Source: an uncultured Chitinophagales bacterium (GTDB lineage Bacteria > Bacteroidota > Bacteroidia > Chitinophagales > JADIYW01). Taken from it: a stretch of DNA of 64,000 nt. Positions 36,719 to 46,811 of this stretch are shown here, piece by piece. The notes under the pieces are model-generated. The model ran no database searches. It was not told where the DNA came from and worked only from the letters and a program-made list of their open reading frames with translations. Both the position numbers and the translations under genes were made by a program. The stretch lies in NCBI GenBank assembly GCA_964472755.1, contig CAYYMF010000005.1, positions 3,386-67,385 on the forward strand, written 5' to 3'. The first letter of the stretch is position 1, and each line of letters begins with the position of its first letter.

Positions 36719-36759
36719 TTATTCCTATTTTAGTACTTGAAATTAACTTTTTTTACAGA

Positions 36760-37521
36760 ATGGCGATAATTACTTTATTAACAGACTTTAGCGATAAAGA
36801 TTATTATGTTAGTATATTTAAAGGTGACTTGCTTACAACTTGTCCATCTGTTCAAATTGTAGATATTTCAAATTCAATTCCTTCTTATGATATTTATGCC
36901 GCAGCTTTATTTTTAAAAAGCACTTATCATCATTTTCCAAAAAATACTATACATATTATTCGTGTTTTTGAAAAGGGCATTAAACATCAACAATTATTGG
37001 CAATGAAATATAAAGATTATTATTTTATTGCTCCTGACAACGGCATTTTGACTTTAGCATTGGAGGAGAAACCTGATTTGATGGTTAGAATTGATGATTT
37101 ACAATTAAAAACATTAGATGAATATTATTGTAGAGTAGTTAAAGAAATTGTTTTCAATAACAATATTGGTAGCATTGGCAAAGCTACAAACGATTATGTA
37201 GTATTGAAAGATTTCAAACCTGCTTTAAACAATGACAATATAGAAGGTCAAGTTATTTATATAGATAGTTTTGGAAATGTGATAAGCAATATCAGAAAAA
37301 AAGATATAGAAGAATATGGCGACGATATAAATTTTAGGATATATTATAGAAGAAAGGATTATATCGATAAATTTGTAAATAATTATGCTGATGTTCCACG
37401 AGGAATGGCAATGGCTTATTTTAATTCTGTTGGTTATTTAGAAATTGGTATAAATTATGGACCTGCTGCACAATTATTAGGATTAAAGATTGGCTCACTT
37501 ATAAAAATTGAAATAATATGA
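36760..37521 (+). CDS. SAM hydrolase / SAM-dependent halogenase family protein (DUF62)
   Basis: The N-terminus MAIITLLTDFSDKDYYVSIFKG is typical of the family. The ORF-track start at 36703 is a TTG that overlaps phoH. Confidence 0.7.
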   Translation: MAIITLLTDFSDKDYYVSIFKGDLLTTCPSVQIVDISNSIPSYDIYAAALFLKSTYHHFPKNTIHIIRVFEKGIKHQQLLAMKYKDYYFIAPDNGILTLALEEKPDLMVRIDDLQLKTLDEYYCRVVKEIVFNNNIGSIGKATNDYVVLKDFKPALNNDNIEGQVIYIDSFGNVISNIRKKDIEEYGDDINFRIYYRRKDYIDKFVNNYADVPRGMAMAYFNSVGYLEIGINYGPAAQLLGLKIGSLIKIEII

Positions 37522-37811
37522 TTACAAGAATCGTAAAATTAACGATGGCTGAAGAAAATATAGATATATTCAAAACCTATTTTGATACCGTATGCAATAC
37601 AATTAGAAATCAGCCAGGCTGCCACAAATTACAAGTTTGGCAAGATATTCACCACCCACAAATATTTTTCACTTATAGTATTTGGGATAGCGAAGATGAT
37701 TTAGATAAATATAGATATTCTGATTTTTTTGCTGTGTTTTGGAAAACTGTAAAACCTTGGTTCGGTGCAAAGGCTGAGGTATGGAGTTTTGATGTCTTAA
37801 TGGATTTATAA
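37518..37811 (+). CDS. Antibiotic-biosynthesis-monooxygenase (ABM)-like small protein
   Basis: 97 aa with a ferredoxin-like ABM pattern (...GCHKLQVWQD...FFTYSIWDSEDDL). It overlaps the upstream gene by 4 nt. Confidence 0.5.
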   Translation: MITRIVKLTMAEENIDIFKTYFDTVCNTIRNQPGCHKLQVWQDIHHPQIFFTYSIWDSEDDLDKYRYSDFFAVFWKTVKPWFGAKAEVWSFDVLMDL

Positions 37812-39314
37812 ATTATCCAATTGCTTATAAGCATTTCCAATATGCTCAATTATATCCGATGCTATCAAACTATGTGGATGGGAAATTGAACTAGCGATAT
37901 CGCCTGATAGTCCATGTAAATAAACACCTAAAATTGTAGCATTAATTGGTGTGTAACCTTGAGCCAAAAGAGATGCAATTATACCAGACAATACATCACC
38001 AGAACCACCTGTTGCCATTCCCCAATTTCCTGTGCTATTGAAATAAATATTATCATCAGGACAAATAATAGTCGAAAAAGCTCCCTTTATCAATATAATA
38101 ATTTGATATTGCTTTGCAACAATTCTCACTTTCTCTATTTTTTCATAATCATTTGTCCAAGGTCCAATTAATCGTTCTAATTCCTTGGGATGTGGTGTTA
38201 AAACACTACCTTTTGGAATATAATGAAATGGTTCATTCGTTTCGGATAAGATATTCAAAGCATCAGCATCTAAAACTAAAGGCGTTGTTGGACTAGAAAT
38301 TAAAAAACTCAATAATGCATTTTGGGTGGCTTCATTTCTTCCCAATCCCATTCCTATTGCAATTGCATTAAAATTTGATGTCTGAGGTATTATGCTTATC
38401 CAATTGGTTGCTTCATCTGCCATACACATCGCTTCAGGAAAATTTGTTTGCACAATTTCATAACCACATTTTGGAACTGCACATGTAACTAGACCACAAC
38501 CCGTTTTCAAAGCGGCTTTTGTTGTTAAAATTGGAGCTCCAATACTTCCATAATTCCCTCCAACTACTAATACATGACCAAATGTGCCTTTATGTGCAAA
38601 TACATTAGGCAATTTCAATAACTTTTTAATGAATTTTTCTTTAATGTAATAAATATTTGTAGGCGTTTCTGTAATACTTTCCTTATCCAATCCAATATCT
38701 AAAACTTTAAAATCCTTTGCATATTCTTGATTTTCTGGAAGCAATAGGGATAACTTAGGCGATTGCAAGGTAAACACTAAATCTGCGGACAAACAAGTCG
38801 CATTTTCGCACATTGGAAAGCCATCTAATAAGCCACTTGGCATATCTAAAGCAAATATTTTTTTAGGCTGTGCTACTTTTATTTGTTTAAAAATATTATT
38901 CCAAATAGGTTCTAAAACACGATTCAATCCAGAGCCAAAAAGAGCGTCTATATAAATTGCATTGGTTGGTAGTTGCAAAGTATCATGCAGTTCAAAAAAA
39001 TGAATTTTAGTTTGAGTGGCAACCAACAATTCTTGATTTCTAATATTATCAGGGCTATAATTTTCAGATTTTAATAAAAAAACTTGTACGCTATATTTCT
39101 GAGCCATCATTCTTGCAACAGCCAAACCATCTCCACCATTATTGCCACTTCCACACAAAAATAGTATTGGAACCTTAGGTGAAATATTTTGCTCTAATAA
39201 AGCTTTAAATAATTCTATTGAAGCATTCTCCATTAATTCCCAAGAATTGGAATATTTTTTCTGAATAGTTAATCTATCCAATTCTTTCATTTGATGTGTA
39301 CTAAAAATCTTCAT
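37806..39314 (-). CDS. nnr: Bifunctional NAD(P)H-hydrate repair enzyme (epimerase/dehydratase)
   Basis: 502 aa. The N-terminal YjeF_N domain has GSGNNGGDG. The C-terminal carbohydrate-kinase domain has GGSGDVLSG. Confidence 0.85.
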   Translation of the reverse strand: MKIFSTHQMKELDRLTIQKKYSNSWELMENASIELFKALLEQNISPKVPILFLCGSGNNGGDGLAVARMMAQKYSVQVFLLKSENYSPDNIRNQELLVATQTKIHFFELHDTLQLPTNAIYIDALFGSGLNRVLEPIWNNIFKQIKVAQPKKIFALDMPSGLLDGFPMCENATCLSADLVFTLQSPKLSLLLPENQEYAKDFKVLDIGLDKESITETPTNIYYIKEKFIKKLLKLPNVFAHKGTFGHVLVVGGNYGSIGAPILTTKAALKTGCGLVTCAVPKCGYEIVQTNFPEAMCMADEATNWISIIPQTSNFNAIAIGMGLGRNEATQNALLSFLISSPTTPLVLDADALNILSETNEPFHYIPKGSVLTPHPKELERLIGPWTNDYEKIEKVRIVAKQYQIIILIKGAFSTIICPDDNIYFNSTGNWGMATGGSGDVLSGIIASLLAQGYTPINATILGVYLHGLSGDIASSISHPHSLIASDIIEHIGNAYKQLDNL

Positions 39315-39361
39315 TTATATTTTAAAAGATAAATCAGAATAGCCTTTTATAAACGAAAAAA

Positions 39362-40426
39362 CTATGATTTTGTTTCTAAGATTTTTTGATTAATTTCTTT
39401 GACCAAATCTAAACCTTTATAAATAAATCCAGAATATAATTGAACTAAGCTTGCACCAGCATTAATTTTTTCTATTGCATCTTGAGCCGTCATAATGCCA
39501 CCAACTGCAATAATTGGTAGTTTACCTTCTGTCTTTTCAGAAAGGTATTGAATAACTTCAGTAGCTTTTTTAGTAAGAGGCCTCCCACTCAATCCGCCTG
39601 CTCCAATTTGTTCAATAGCTGCTTGATTAATACTTAATCCATCACGAGTTATTGTAGTATTGGTTGCGATAATTCCGCTTAATTTTGTTGCTGTTATCAC
39701 TTCAATAATTTCGTCTAATTGAGTAAAACTTAAATCTGGTGCAATTTTTAGTAAAATAGGCTTAGGTGTTTGTTTTTTGTTATTTTCCAATTGAAGTGCC
39801 GTAAGTAAATTCTCGAGAGGTTCTCTTTCTTGTAAATCTCTCAAATTGGGTGTATTTGGTGAACTAATATTCACTACAAAATAATCTACTACATCATATA
39901 AAATATGATAACATTTGATATAATCATCTACCGCATTTTCATTAGGTGTTACTTTATTTTTGCCAATATTTCCACCTATCAAAATATTCCTATTTTTAAG
40001 TTTTATTAATTGAGAAGAAAGAATATTTTGCCTTACGATTTCTGCACCTTCATTATTAAAACCCATTCTATTAATAATTGCCTCATCTTGGATAATTCTA
40101 AACAATCTAGGTTTATCATTTCCTGGTTGAGCCAATGGTGTAACTGTTCCAATTTCAATAAAACCAAAACCCATTGCAGCAAAAGCATCAATACATTCAG
40201 CATTTTTATCTAATCCAGCTGCAAGTCCAACAGGATTTTTAAAAGTCAGACCAAATACACTTCTTTCTAATCTTTTATCTTCAATTTGATATAAAGCTTT
40301 TAAAGTACTTTTAGCAAAAGGTAATTTGATAGTTCTTTTGAGCATCTTTAAAGTAAAATGATGTGCAGCTTCAGCATCCATTTTAAACAAGAAAAAGCGT
40401 GGAAGTTTATATAAATTTTTAAGCAT
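39362..40426 (-). CDS. pyrD: Dihydroorotate dehydrogenase (quinone), class 2
   Basis: Typical N-terminus [24 protein letters not shown] and a GIIATNTT motif. The ORF-track ATG at 40468 is less likely because a -7 box lies inside that extension. Confidence 0.85.
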   Translation of the reverse strand: MLKNLYKLPRFFLFKMDAEAAHHFTLKMLKRTIKLPFAKSTLKALYQIEDKRLERSVFGLTFKNPVGLAAGLDKNAECIDAFAAMGFGFIEIGTVTPLAQPGNDKPRLFRIIQDEAIINRMGFNNEGAEIVRQNILSSQLIKLKNRNILIGGNIGKNKVTPNENAVDDYIKCYHILYDVVDYFVVNISSPNTPNLRDLQEREPLENLLTALQLENNKKQTPKPILLKIAPDLSFTQLDEIIEVITATKLSGIIATNTTITRDGLSINQAAIEQIGAGGLSGRPLTKKATEVIQYLSEKTEGKLPIIAVGGIMTAQDAIEKINAGASLVQLYSGFIYKGLDLVKEINQKILETKS

Positions 40427-40449
40427 TATCCGTTTAAGTTTGTATTGCA

Positions 40450-40457
40450 CAAAGATA
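40450..40457 (-). promoter_or_regulatory. Candidate -7 box TATCTTTG for pyrD
   Basis: The reverse complement of caaagata matches TAnnTTTG. It lies 23 nt upstream of the ATG at 40426. Confidence 0.4.
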
Positions 40458-40614
40458 TTATTATTCATTTATCTGGAAATCAAAACTATATTAACTTGTT
40501 TGTTGATTGATGTTAATTTATTTTCGCTTAGTCGCCAAAATTTGTAATTTTGATGTATGTTTCTGCTAATTCTACAATCAAACACACCTATTCATTTATT
40601 TAAAATACATTCTT

Positions 40615-41820
40615 ATGAACACAAAAAAAAGAAGTTTTGAATCTATTTGCATCAAAGATGAAATGATTGAAAACCATCATGCACACATATTGCCCATTTA
40701 TGCGACTTCAACTTTTGTATATGAAGATATTGAAAAAGCAATGGATTATTTTAAAGGAAAATCTGATACGCATGCCTATTCGAGAATGAGCAACCCTACA
40801 CCAGATTTTGTAGCGAAAAAGATTGCTCGATTAGAAGGTTTTGATGAAACAAATAACCTAGAAACTTTTGGAGTTTTATTTGGTTCAGGAATGGCTGCAA
40901 TTAGCTCAGCAATTTTGGCTTGTATTGAAGCAGGACAAAAAGTGCTGACAACAAACAATATTTATGGAACTAGCAATCAGTTTTTAGCATCAACCTTACA
41001 AACATTAGGCGTTGGATTAGTATATTCAGATTTGAAAGATATGCAAGTTTTTGAGCAACAATTACTCGCAGACAAAAGTATCAAAATCATTTATATTGAA
41101 ACGCCCACCAATCCAACTTTAGAATGTTACGACTTAAAATCTATTGCATCTATTGCAAAAAAATATCAAGTTTATACTATTGTAGATAATACTTTTTCAA
41201 CACCATATTTACAACGTCCATTAACATTAGGCTTTGATATTGTTGTACATTCTGGAACTAAATTTTTAAACGGACACGGAACCGGAGTTTCAGGTGTGGC
41301 AGTTACTACAAATGAAGAATTATACAAAAAAATCAATCAAAATAAAAAAGTTTTTGGTGGTATTTGTTCTCCTTTTGAAGCTTATTTATTAAACAATGGC
41401 ATTCGTACACTATGCCTAAGAATGCAACAACATCAAGCCAATGCTCAACAATTAGCCGAATTTTTAGAGCAACATCCAAAAATTACTAAAGTAAATTATT
41501 TAGGATTAAAAAGTCATGCAGACCACGAATTATCAAAACAGCAAATGTTTGGTTTTGGTGGCATGTTGAGTTTTGAAATCGATGGAAATTTCGACACTGC
41601 AATTCATTTCATGAAGCAGATACAATTTTGTACAGTAACTGCAACACTTGGCACAACAGATACTTTGCTTACACATTCTGCAAGCACAAGTCATTCAAAC
41701 GTTCCATCTGAACAGCGAAAAGTAGCAGGTATTTCTGATAGTTTAATTAGATGTTCTGTTGGGATTGAAGCTATACAAGATGTTATTGATGATATTCAAA
41801 ATGCTCTGACAAAAATATAA
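40615..41820 (+). CDS. Cys/Met-metabolism PLP-dependent enzyme (O-acyl-homoserine sulfhydrylase / methionine gamma-lyase-like)
   Basis: 401 aa with the PLP-Lys motif SGTKFLNGHG. It is a paralog of 728..1870. Confidence 0.8.
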   Translation: MNTKKRSFESICIKDEMIENHHAHILPIYATSTFVYEDIEKAMDYFKGKSDTHAYSRMSNPTPDFVAKKIARLEGFDETNNLETFGVLFGSGMAAISSAILACIEAGQKVLTTNNIYGTSNQFLASTLQTLGVGLVYSDLKDMQVFEQQLLADKSIKIIYIETPTNPTLECYDLKSIASIAKKYQVYTIVDNTFSTPYLQRPLTLGFDIVVHSGTKFLNGHGTGVSGVAVTTNEELYKKINQNKKVFGGICSPFEAYLLNNGIRTLCLRMQQHQANAQQLAEFLEQHPKITKVNYLGLKSHADHELSKQQMFGFGGMLSFEIDGNFDTAIHFMKQIQFCTVTATLGTTDTLLTHSASTSHSNVPSEQRKVAGISDSLIRCSVGIEAIQDVIDDIQNALTKI

Positions 41821-41851
41821 TCAGTAGCAATTTATAAAAGAATAAGAATAA

Positions 41852-42676
41852 TTATTTAGAAAAAATACCTTTGCGTTTTTTCAAACCTTCGTTGATTAGA
41901 TCTTTTACTGCACTTTTCACTTGCTTATTCATATCTTCCATAATATGCTCTCTGCCAATATCGCCATCAAAATAAATTGGCTTACCAAAATGAATAATGA
42001 CCTTAGATGGAAAAACAAACGGAAATAATGTTGGAAAAGATGGGGCTTTTGTCAACTTACTTATAAAATCTATATTTCCATAGTTGATTAAAATTTCCTC
42101 ACAACCCACTATCCCAACTGGTATAATTGGTGTTTTAGTTTTAACTGCCATATAAATATAACCATTACCAAATCTTTGAAGTTGATACTTCAATTTTGTT
42201 GGCTTAGCAATTCCTCTTGCTCCTTCTGGAAAAACCATAACCGCTTCATCATTTTCCAGCATCTTGATACAGTTTTCTGGATCTCCTAAAGTACCGCCCC
42301 AAGAAGAAAACAATGAACTAAAAAAAGGAATAGTTGGTATAAATCGTTCATACATACCTTTTGGAACTCTCGGCGAATACTGGTTTGTAATTAATGCGTA
42401 CCCTAATAATACAGCATCAATAGGCAATTGTCCACTATGATTGGCAATAATCAATACACGCCCATCTTTAGGAATATTTTCTAAGCCATAGGTTTCAACA
42501 CGGAAATATTTTTCATAAAAAAATCGACCTGCTTCTACAAAAGGCTCTATTCCTTTTAAATTAAAACCCCAAGCATCATAACCATAACTTCCAACCTTAT
42601 TTGGAAACTTAGAAATAAAGTCCTTATTCTTGTCTTTATCTCCTATTAAATTCTGAATGCTATCTAAGAAACCCAT
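41852..42676 (-). CDS. Lysophospholipid / glycerol-phosphate acyltransferase family protein
   Basis: Motifs IIANHSGQLPIDAV and VFPEGARG. The ORF-track start at 42724 is a TTG. The ATG at 42676 gives MGFLDSIQN.... Confidence 0.6.
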   Translation of the reverse strand: MGFLDSIQNLIGDKDKNKDFISKFPNKVGSYGYDAWGFNLKGIEPFVEAGRFFYEKYFRVETYGLENIPKDGRVLIIANHSGQLPIDAVLLGYALITNQYSPRVPKGMYERFIPTIPFFSSLFSSWGGTLGDPENCIKMLENDEAVMVFPEGARGIAKPTKLKYQLQRFGNGYIYMAVKTKTPIIPVGIVGCEEILINYGNIDFISKLTKAPSFPTLFPFVFPSKVIIHFGKPIYFDGDIGREHIMEDMNKQVKSAVKDLINEGLKKRKGIFSK

Positions 42677-42786
42677 ACTCAAACCTACATAATAAAATTG
42701 ATAATTGAAAGCAATCTCCAACAAACAAAAGATAATATTTTCATTTTTTATTGAATCGTGTTTATCGTATTCAACAATCTTGAAAG

Positions 42787-44910
42787 TTATGCTTTATAAG
42801 CACTTTCCAATACGATTTTTTCTGCATTGGTTATTGTTGCTCTGTGTGCCAATACTTCTTCGATAAAACTATTATAACGAGCGACATATTGCTGTGCAAA
42901 ATCAGCATCAGGTTCATTCTTATTAATACTCAATACCAAATTCTCAAACCCACCATCTATTGGAACAATTGCAGTTTCAACATAATGTTCATCAAAATCC
43001 TTTAATATTTTTATTTGAGTATTACACTCCACATCTTTACTCAATAAAAGTGCTTTTGCCGCAACTACAAATCCTGTATAGGCATAATAAATTGCTTCTG
43101 CAAATAAGTTATTTTCCAATGCTTCTTGAGCTTCTGCTTGTTTTATTTTAGCATCATTTACAATTATGCCTACCATATCATATGATGCTCCTGCACACTC
43201 TCCCACACCAACTTCTGGTGTAAAATAATTTTCATGTCCGTGGTCAAAATAATCATCATCTACAAACTTGGTTGGGTCTGCAAATGGTTTCAATAGTGTA
43301 TAAAAATAATTTTTCCCTTGTCTTCTATAATAAGTATTAAAATATTCATCATCTGTTGCGTTGGCATCATAGTCATTCAGAATAGTGCGTAAAGCATCAG
43401 TCATTTTTTTAGTTGGCAATTTCACCACCTTGTCGCCAATAACACCAACACCAGTTTCATCAACACCTCCACCTAATATCACTTGCATCGCTGGTGCAAC
43501 TTTATCACCGACTCTGATAGAACTTCCATGTAAGCCAATATTTGCTGCCATGTGTTGTCCACAAGCATTCATACAGCCACTCATTCTAATATTTAAGTAT
43601 TTGTCATAAATTAATTCTGGATATTCATTTTGAATTACATCTTCTAAAATTCTTGCCAATGTCATACTATTTGTAACACCCAAATTACAAGTATCTGTAC
43701 CTGGACAAGTTGTAATATCTGCAATAGTTCCAAACCCTGGATTAGCCAAACCTAGACTATCCAAAACTGAATACACATAAGGCAAAGCCTCTGGTCGAAT
43801 AAACTTCAACAACAAGCCTTGATTCATAGTTACACGCATATCTTGTGATGCAAAATCATTGGCTAATTGAGCAATTGCTCTTGCAGTGTCAGGTTTTATA
43901 TCCCCGTTTGTTACTTTTAAATATACACCATAAAAACCTTTCTGTTTTTGTTCAAATGTATTCGTATTTAACCAATCTTGGTATCTCTTTTTATCTTCAA
44001 TAATTACCTCTGGAGCTTGTTTTTCAGGAGCAGGTTGTGCTTCAGGAATTATATTCAAATCTATTTTAAAAGATTTATGCTTAGTAGCCGTACGCTCTTC
44101 TTCAACCAATTCCATCCATTTCTCCATTCCTAAATCCTTTATCAGATATTTCATTCTAGCTTTATGACGACGCAATCTTTCTCCATATCTATCAAACACT
44201 CTCAATCCTGCTTCCATAAATGGAATAATCTGATCTTCTTCTAAAAAATCATAAGCTTTCTGAGCCATAAAAGCTTGAGCTCCTAATCCACCTCCTATAA
44301 CTACACTAAAGCCTCGCTTTCCATCTTGGATTTTAGGTATAAATCCAAAGTCATGAATAAATGTAAAGGCACTATCCTCCTCAGATGCAGAGAATCCAAT
44401 TTTCATTTTCCTACCCATTTCCTGACATATTGGATTACGAATAAATGTACTATAGGAAGTATAGGCATAAGGTGAAACATCAAACAACTCATTTGGGTCT
44501 ATACCTGCCGTGGAAGATGCGGTAACATTTCTTACTGTATTTCCACAAGCTTCTCTTGCATGTAACCCACAATCCGCTAAACCTGCCCAAACATAAGGAG
44601 CGTCTGTTACTTTTACGTAGTGTAATTGTATATCCTGTCTAGTTGTAAAATGTAAATTAGAAGATGCATAAGTTTCTGATAATTCTGCAATTCGAACCAG
44701 CTGTGCTGGATTCAATCTTCCCATCGGAATTTTAATCCTGAACATGTGAACACCCAACTGACGTTGTCCATAAACACCACGGGTCAATCTAAATTGCTTA
44801 AATTTATCTCCATGTAATTGGCCGTCAATAAATGCCCCAATTTTATGTTGTAATTCATGAATATCTTTTGCAGTTTCCGAAGATACATTTTCTGTGATTG
44901 TTACGCTCAT
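42787..44910 (-). CDS. Sulfite/nitrite reductase hemoprotein (siroheme-[4Fe-4S]) with a C-terminal helical extension
   Basis: 707 aa with Cys cluster motifs TCPGTDTCNLG and SGCMNACGQH. About 135 additional residues follow the reductase core. Confidence 0.85.
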   Translation of the reverse strand: MSVTITENVSSETAKDIHELQHKIGAFIDGQLHGDKFKQFRLTRGVYGQRQLGVHMFRIKIPMGRLNPAQLVRIAELSETYASSNLHFTTRQDIQLHYVKVTDAPYVWAGLADCGLHAREACGNTVRNVTASSTAGIDPNELFDVSPYAYTSYSTFIRNPICQEMGRKMKIGFSASEEDSAFTFIHDFGFIPKIQDGKRGFSVVIGGGLGAQAFMAQKAYDFLEEDQIIPFMEAGLRVFDRYGERLRRHKARMKYLIKDLGMEKWMELVEEERTATKHKSFKIDLNIIPEAQPAPEKQAPEVIIEDKKRYQDWLNTNTFEQKQKGFYGVYLKVTNGDIKPDTARAIAQLANDFASQDMRVTMNQGLLLKFIRPEALPYVYSVLDSLGLANPGFGTIADITTCPGTDTCNLGVTNSMTLARILEDVIQNEYPELIYDKYLNIRMSGCMNACGQHMAANIGLHGSSIRVGDKVAPAMQVILGGGVDETGVGVIGDKVVKLPTKKMTDALRTILNDYDANATDDEYFNTYYRRQGKNYFYTLLKPFADPTKFVDDDYFDHGHENYFTPEVGVGECAGASYDMVGIIVNDAKIKQAEAQEALENNLFAEAIYYAYTGFVVAAKALLLSKDVECNTQIKILKDFDEHYVETAIVPIDGGFENLVLSINKNEPDADFAQQYVARYNSFIEEVLAHRATITNAEKIVLESAYKA

Positions 44911-44940
44911 ATTCTTTTAGTTATTGTGTTTAATTTGATT

Positions 44941-44973
44941 TATAAAAAAACCTATCTTCAAAGAGATAGGTTT
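44941..44973 (-). terminator. Intrinsic terminator downstream of the amidase gene
   Basis: Hairpin aacctatct-N6-agataggtt, followed on the minus strand by a T-run (the reverse complement of A7 at 44944-44950). Confidence 0.65.
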
Positions 44974-45089
44974 ACATTTATTTTAATAGTAATTTTGCCC
45001 TATCTTTCCTTTAGGTTAGACAACAGCTACAACAATTTGAATTTTTAAAAAATGATTTCATCATAACAAATATAAAAAGAAATCTAGTA

Positions 45090-46529
45090 TTATGTAACTT
45101 TTGTTACACAAGACAATTGAAATTCATTAATTTTTAAAAATTTATTAACACGTTCTAACTCAAATGCCAAAGACAATAACTTAGCTTCTTCGCCAACATT
45201 ACCTGCAAACTGAATACCGATAGGCAACTTATCCTTACTCATTCCCATCGGCAAAGAAATTGCTGGTGCTCCTGTAATATTTTGCAAAGTAGTAAAATTC
45301 ACATAACTATTTAATCTAAAAATTACTTCTAAGGTATCTACATTAGGACCAAAATGCCCAATTGGCGGAGCAGGATGCGAAAGTGTTGGACTTAATAAAA
45401 CATCATACTTATTAAATAATTGACTATAAAGTTCATTATATTGTTTCAGTCTTTTTATGCTAAAAACAGAAGGAATAGACAAGAATGGATAGGCTTTTGC
45501 TAAATCTTTTGTAAACTTTGTAGCCTTTAATGGGTTAAACTTTAAGCCATATTTTTGAAATTCCATCAAAATACTTCCAAAAGACAAAAACGACCAATAC
45601 AATAAAAAATCTTTATTAAACTGATAGCTAATTGGGTTATCAATAAATTCAATTTGATGACCTAAGCTTTCACAAAGCTTAGCAGCATTCATCGTCGCAT
45701 CAACTACATCTCCATGGCTTTCAACATCGGTTGTAGATTTTGTAAAAACAGCTATCTTTAATCGCTTTTTATCAGGATGTTCAATTTTGCCAATTTTAGG
45801 CAAATTTGGATTTGTATAAAACTGTTCTAATCCATAAAAATAATTTGCAGCATCTCGTACACTTCGACAAACAATGCCATCAACTGCCATATCAATTGGT
45901 GCCATTGCTGACTGAGAAGAAATATTTCGACCTCTTGATGGCTTTAAACCCACTAACCCACAACAAGATGCAGGAATACGAATAGAACCACCTCCATCAT
46001 TAGCATGTGCAAAAGGCACTACACCAGCAGCCACCAAAGCTGATGAACCCGCTGAAGATCCTCCTGTCGAATGCCCTAAATTCCAGGGATTACGTGTATC
46101 TCCTTGTTGTAAGGTTTCTCCACAAGGCAATAAGCCATATTCTGAAGAACTACTTTTACCTAAAACTATGCTATCTGTAACTTTTAAGATTTGTTCTACA
46201 ACCGGATCGTTCTTCTTCTTAGGAACTGAGGGTGTTCCGCTGCTACCCATCAATGTAGGCAACCCTTCATAATCGTTCAAATCTTTAATAAAAGTTGGAA
46301 CACCAGCAAATACACCATTTTCACTATATTTCTTATTTGCATTGACTAATGCTCGTTCAAAATCAGGCGTTACAATTGCATTAATAGTTGGATTCACAAA
46401 ATTTGCTCTTTCTATGGCACAAGCCACAACCTCCTCTCTTGAGATTTCTTTTTTATTAATTTTTAAAGTTGTTTCAGTCGCATCATAATCTTCTAAGATG
46501 CCAATATTATACGCATGGATTGTTTTCAT
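45090..46529 (-). CDS. Amidase-signature family amidase
   Basis: 479 aa with motifs GGSSAGSSALVAAG and GGSIRIPASCCGLVGLKPSRG. Confidence 0.85.
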   Translation of the reverse strand: MKTIHAYNIGILEDYDATETTLKINKKEISREEVVACAIERANFVNPTINAIVTPDFERALVNANKKYSENGVFAGVPTFIKDLNDYEGLPTLMGSSGTPSVPKKKNDPVVEQILKVTDSIVLGKSSSSEYGLLPCGETLQQGDTRNPWNLGHSTGGSSAGSSALVAAGVVPFAHANDGGGSIRIPASCCGLVGLKPSRGRNISSQSAMAPIDMAVDGIVCRSVRDAANYFYGLEQFYTNPNLPKIGKIEHPDKKRLKIAVFTKSTTDVESHGDVVDATMNAAKLCESLGHQIEFIDNPISYQFNKDFLLYWSFLSFGSILMEFQKYGLKFNPLKATKFTKDLAKAYPFLSIPSVFSIKRLKQYNELYSQLFNKYDVLLSPTLSHPAPPIGHFGPNVDTLEVIFRLNSYVNFTTLQNITGAPAISLPMGMSKDKLPIGIQFAGNVGEEAKLLSLAFELERVNKFLKINEFQLSCVTKVT

Positions 46530-46652
46530 CTATTTATTTATATTTTATAAAAATACCTATAATTTCAATTAAAAAACAACATTATTATAATAATTTCTAA
46601 AACAAAAGAGATTCCTAAATCCTATGTTTATACATATAACTATTATTTAAAA

Positions 46653-46680
46653 TTGCTCTATCGAAATATACTTATCTTTG
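46653..46680 (+). promoter_or_regulatory. Candidate promoter (TTG-N17-TATCTTTG) upstream of the his leader
   Basis: TTG at 46653-46655 and TATCTTTG at 46673-46680. The spacing fits the Bacteroidetes -33/-7 architecture. Confidence 0.45.
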
Positions 46681-46687
46681 TTGGTAG

Positions 46688-46757
46688 ATGAAAGCAATCG
46701 CATTTATTTTACATTCACAATTCCATCACTCCAAGTAGGAGTGTATTTTATATTTTC
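46688..46757 (+). promoter_or_regulatory. Candidate his leader peptide (MKAIAFILHSQFHHSK) plus a terminator-like hairpin
   Basis: The 16-codon mini-ORF at 46688-46738 has 3 His codons. His14-Ser15 (cactcc, 46727-46732) forms the left arm of a hairpin with ggagtg (46738-46743). A T-rich tract follows, and hisG starts 54 nt later. Confidence 0.35.
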
Positions 46758-46811
46758 ATCAATCTTTATATTTATTTATATTTTCTCACTTTACTAAAGT
46801 AATTTTATACT

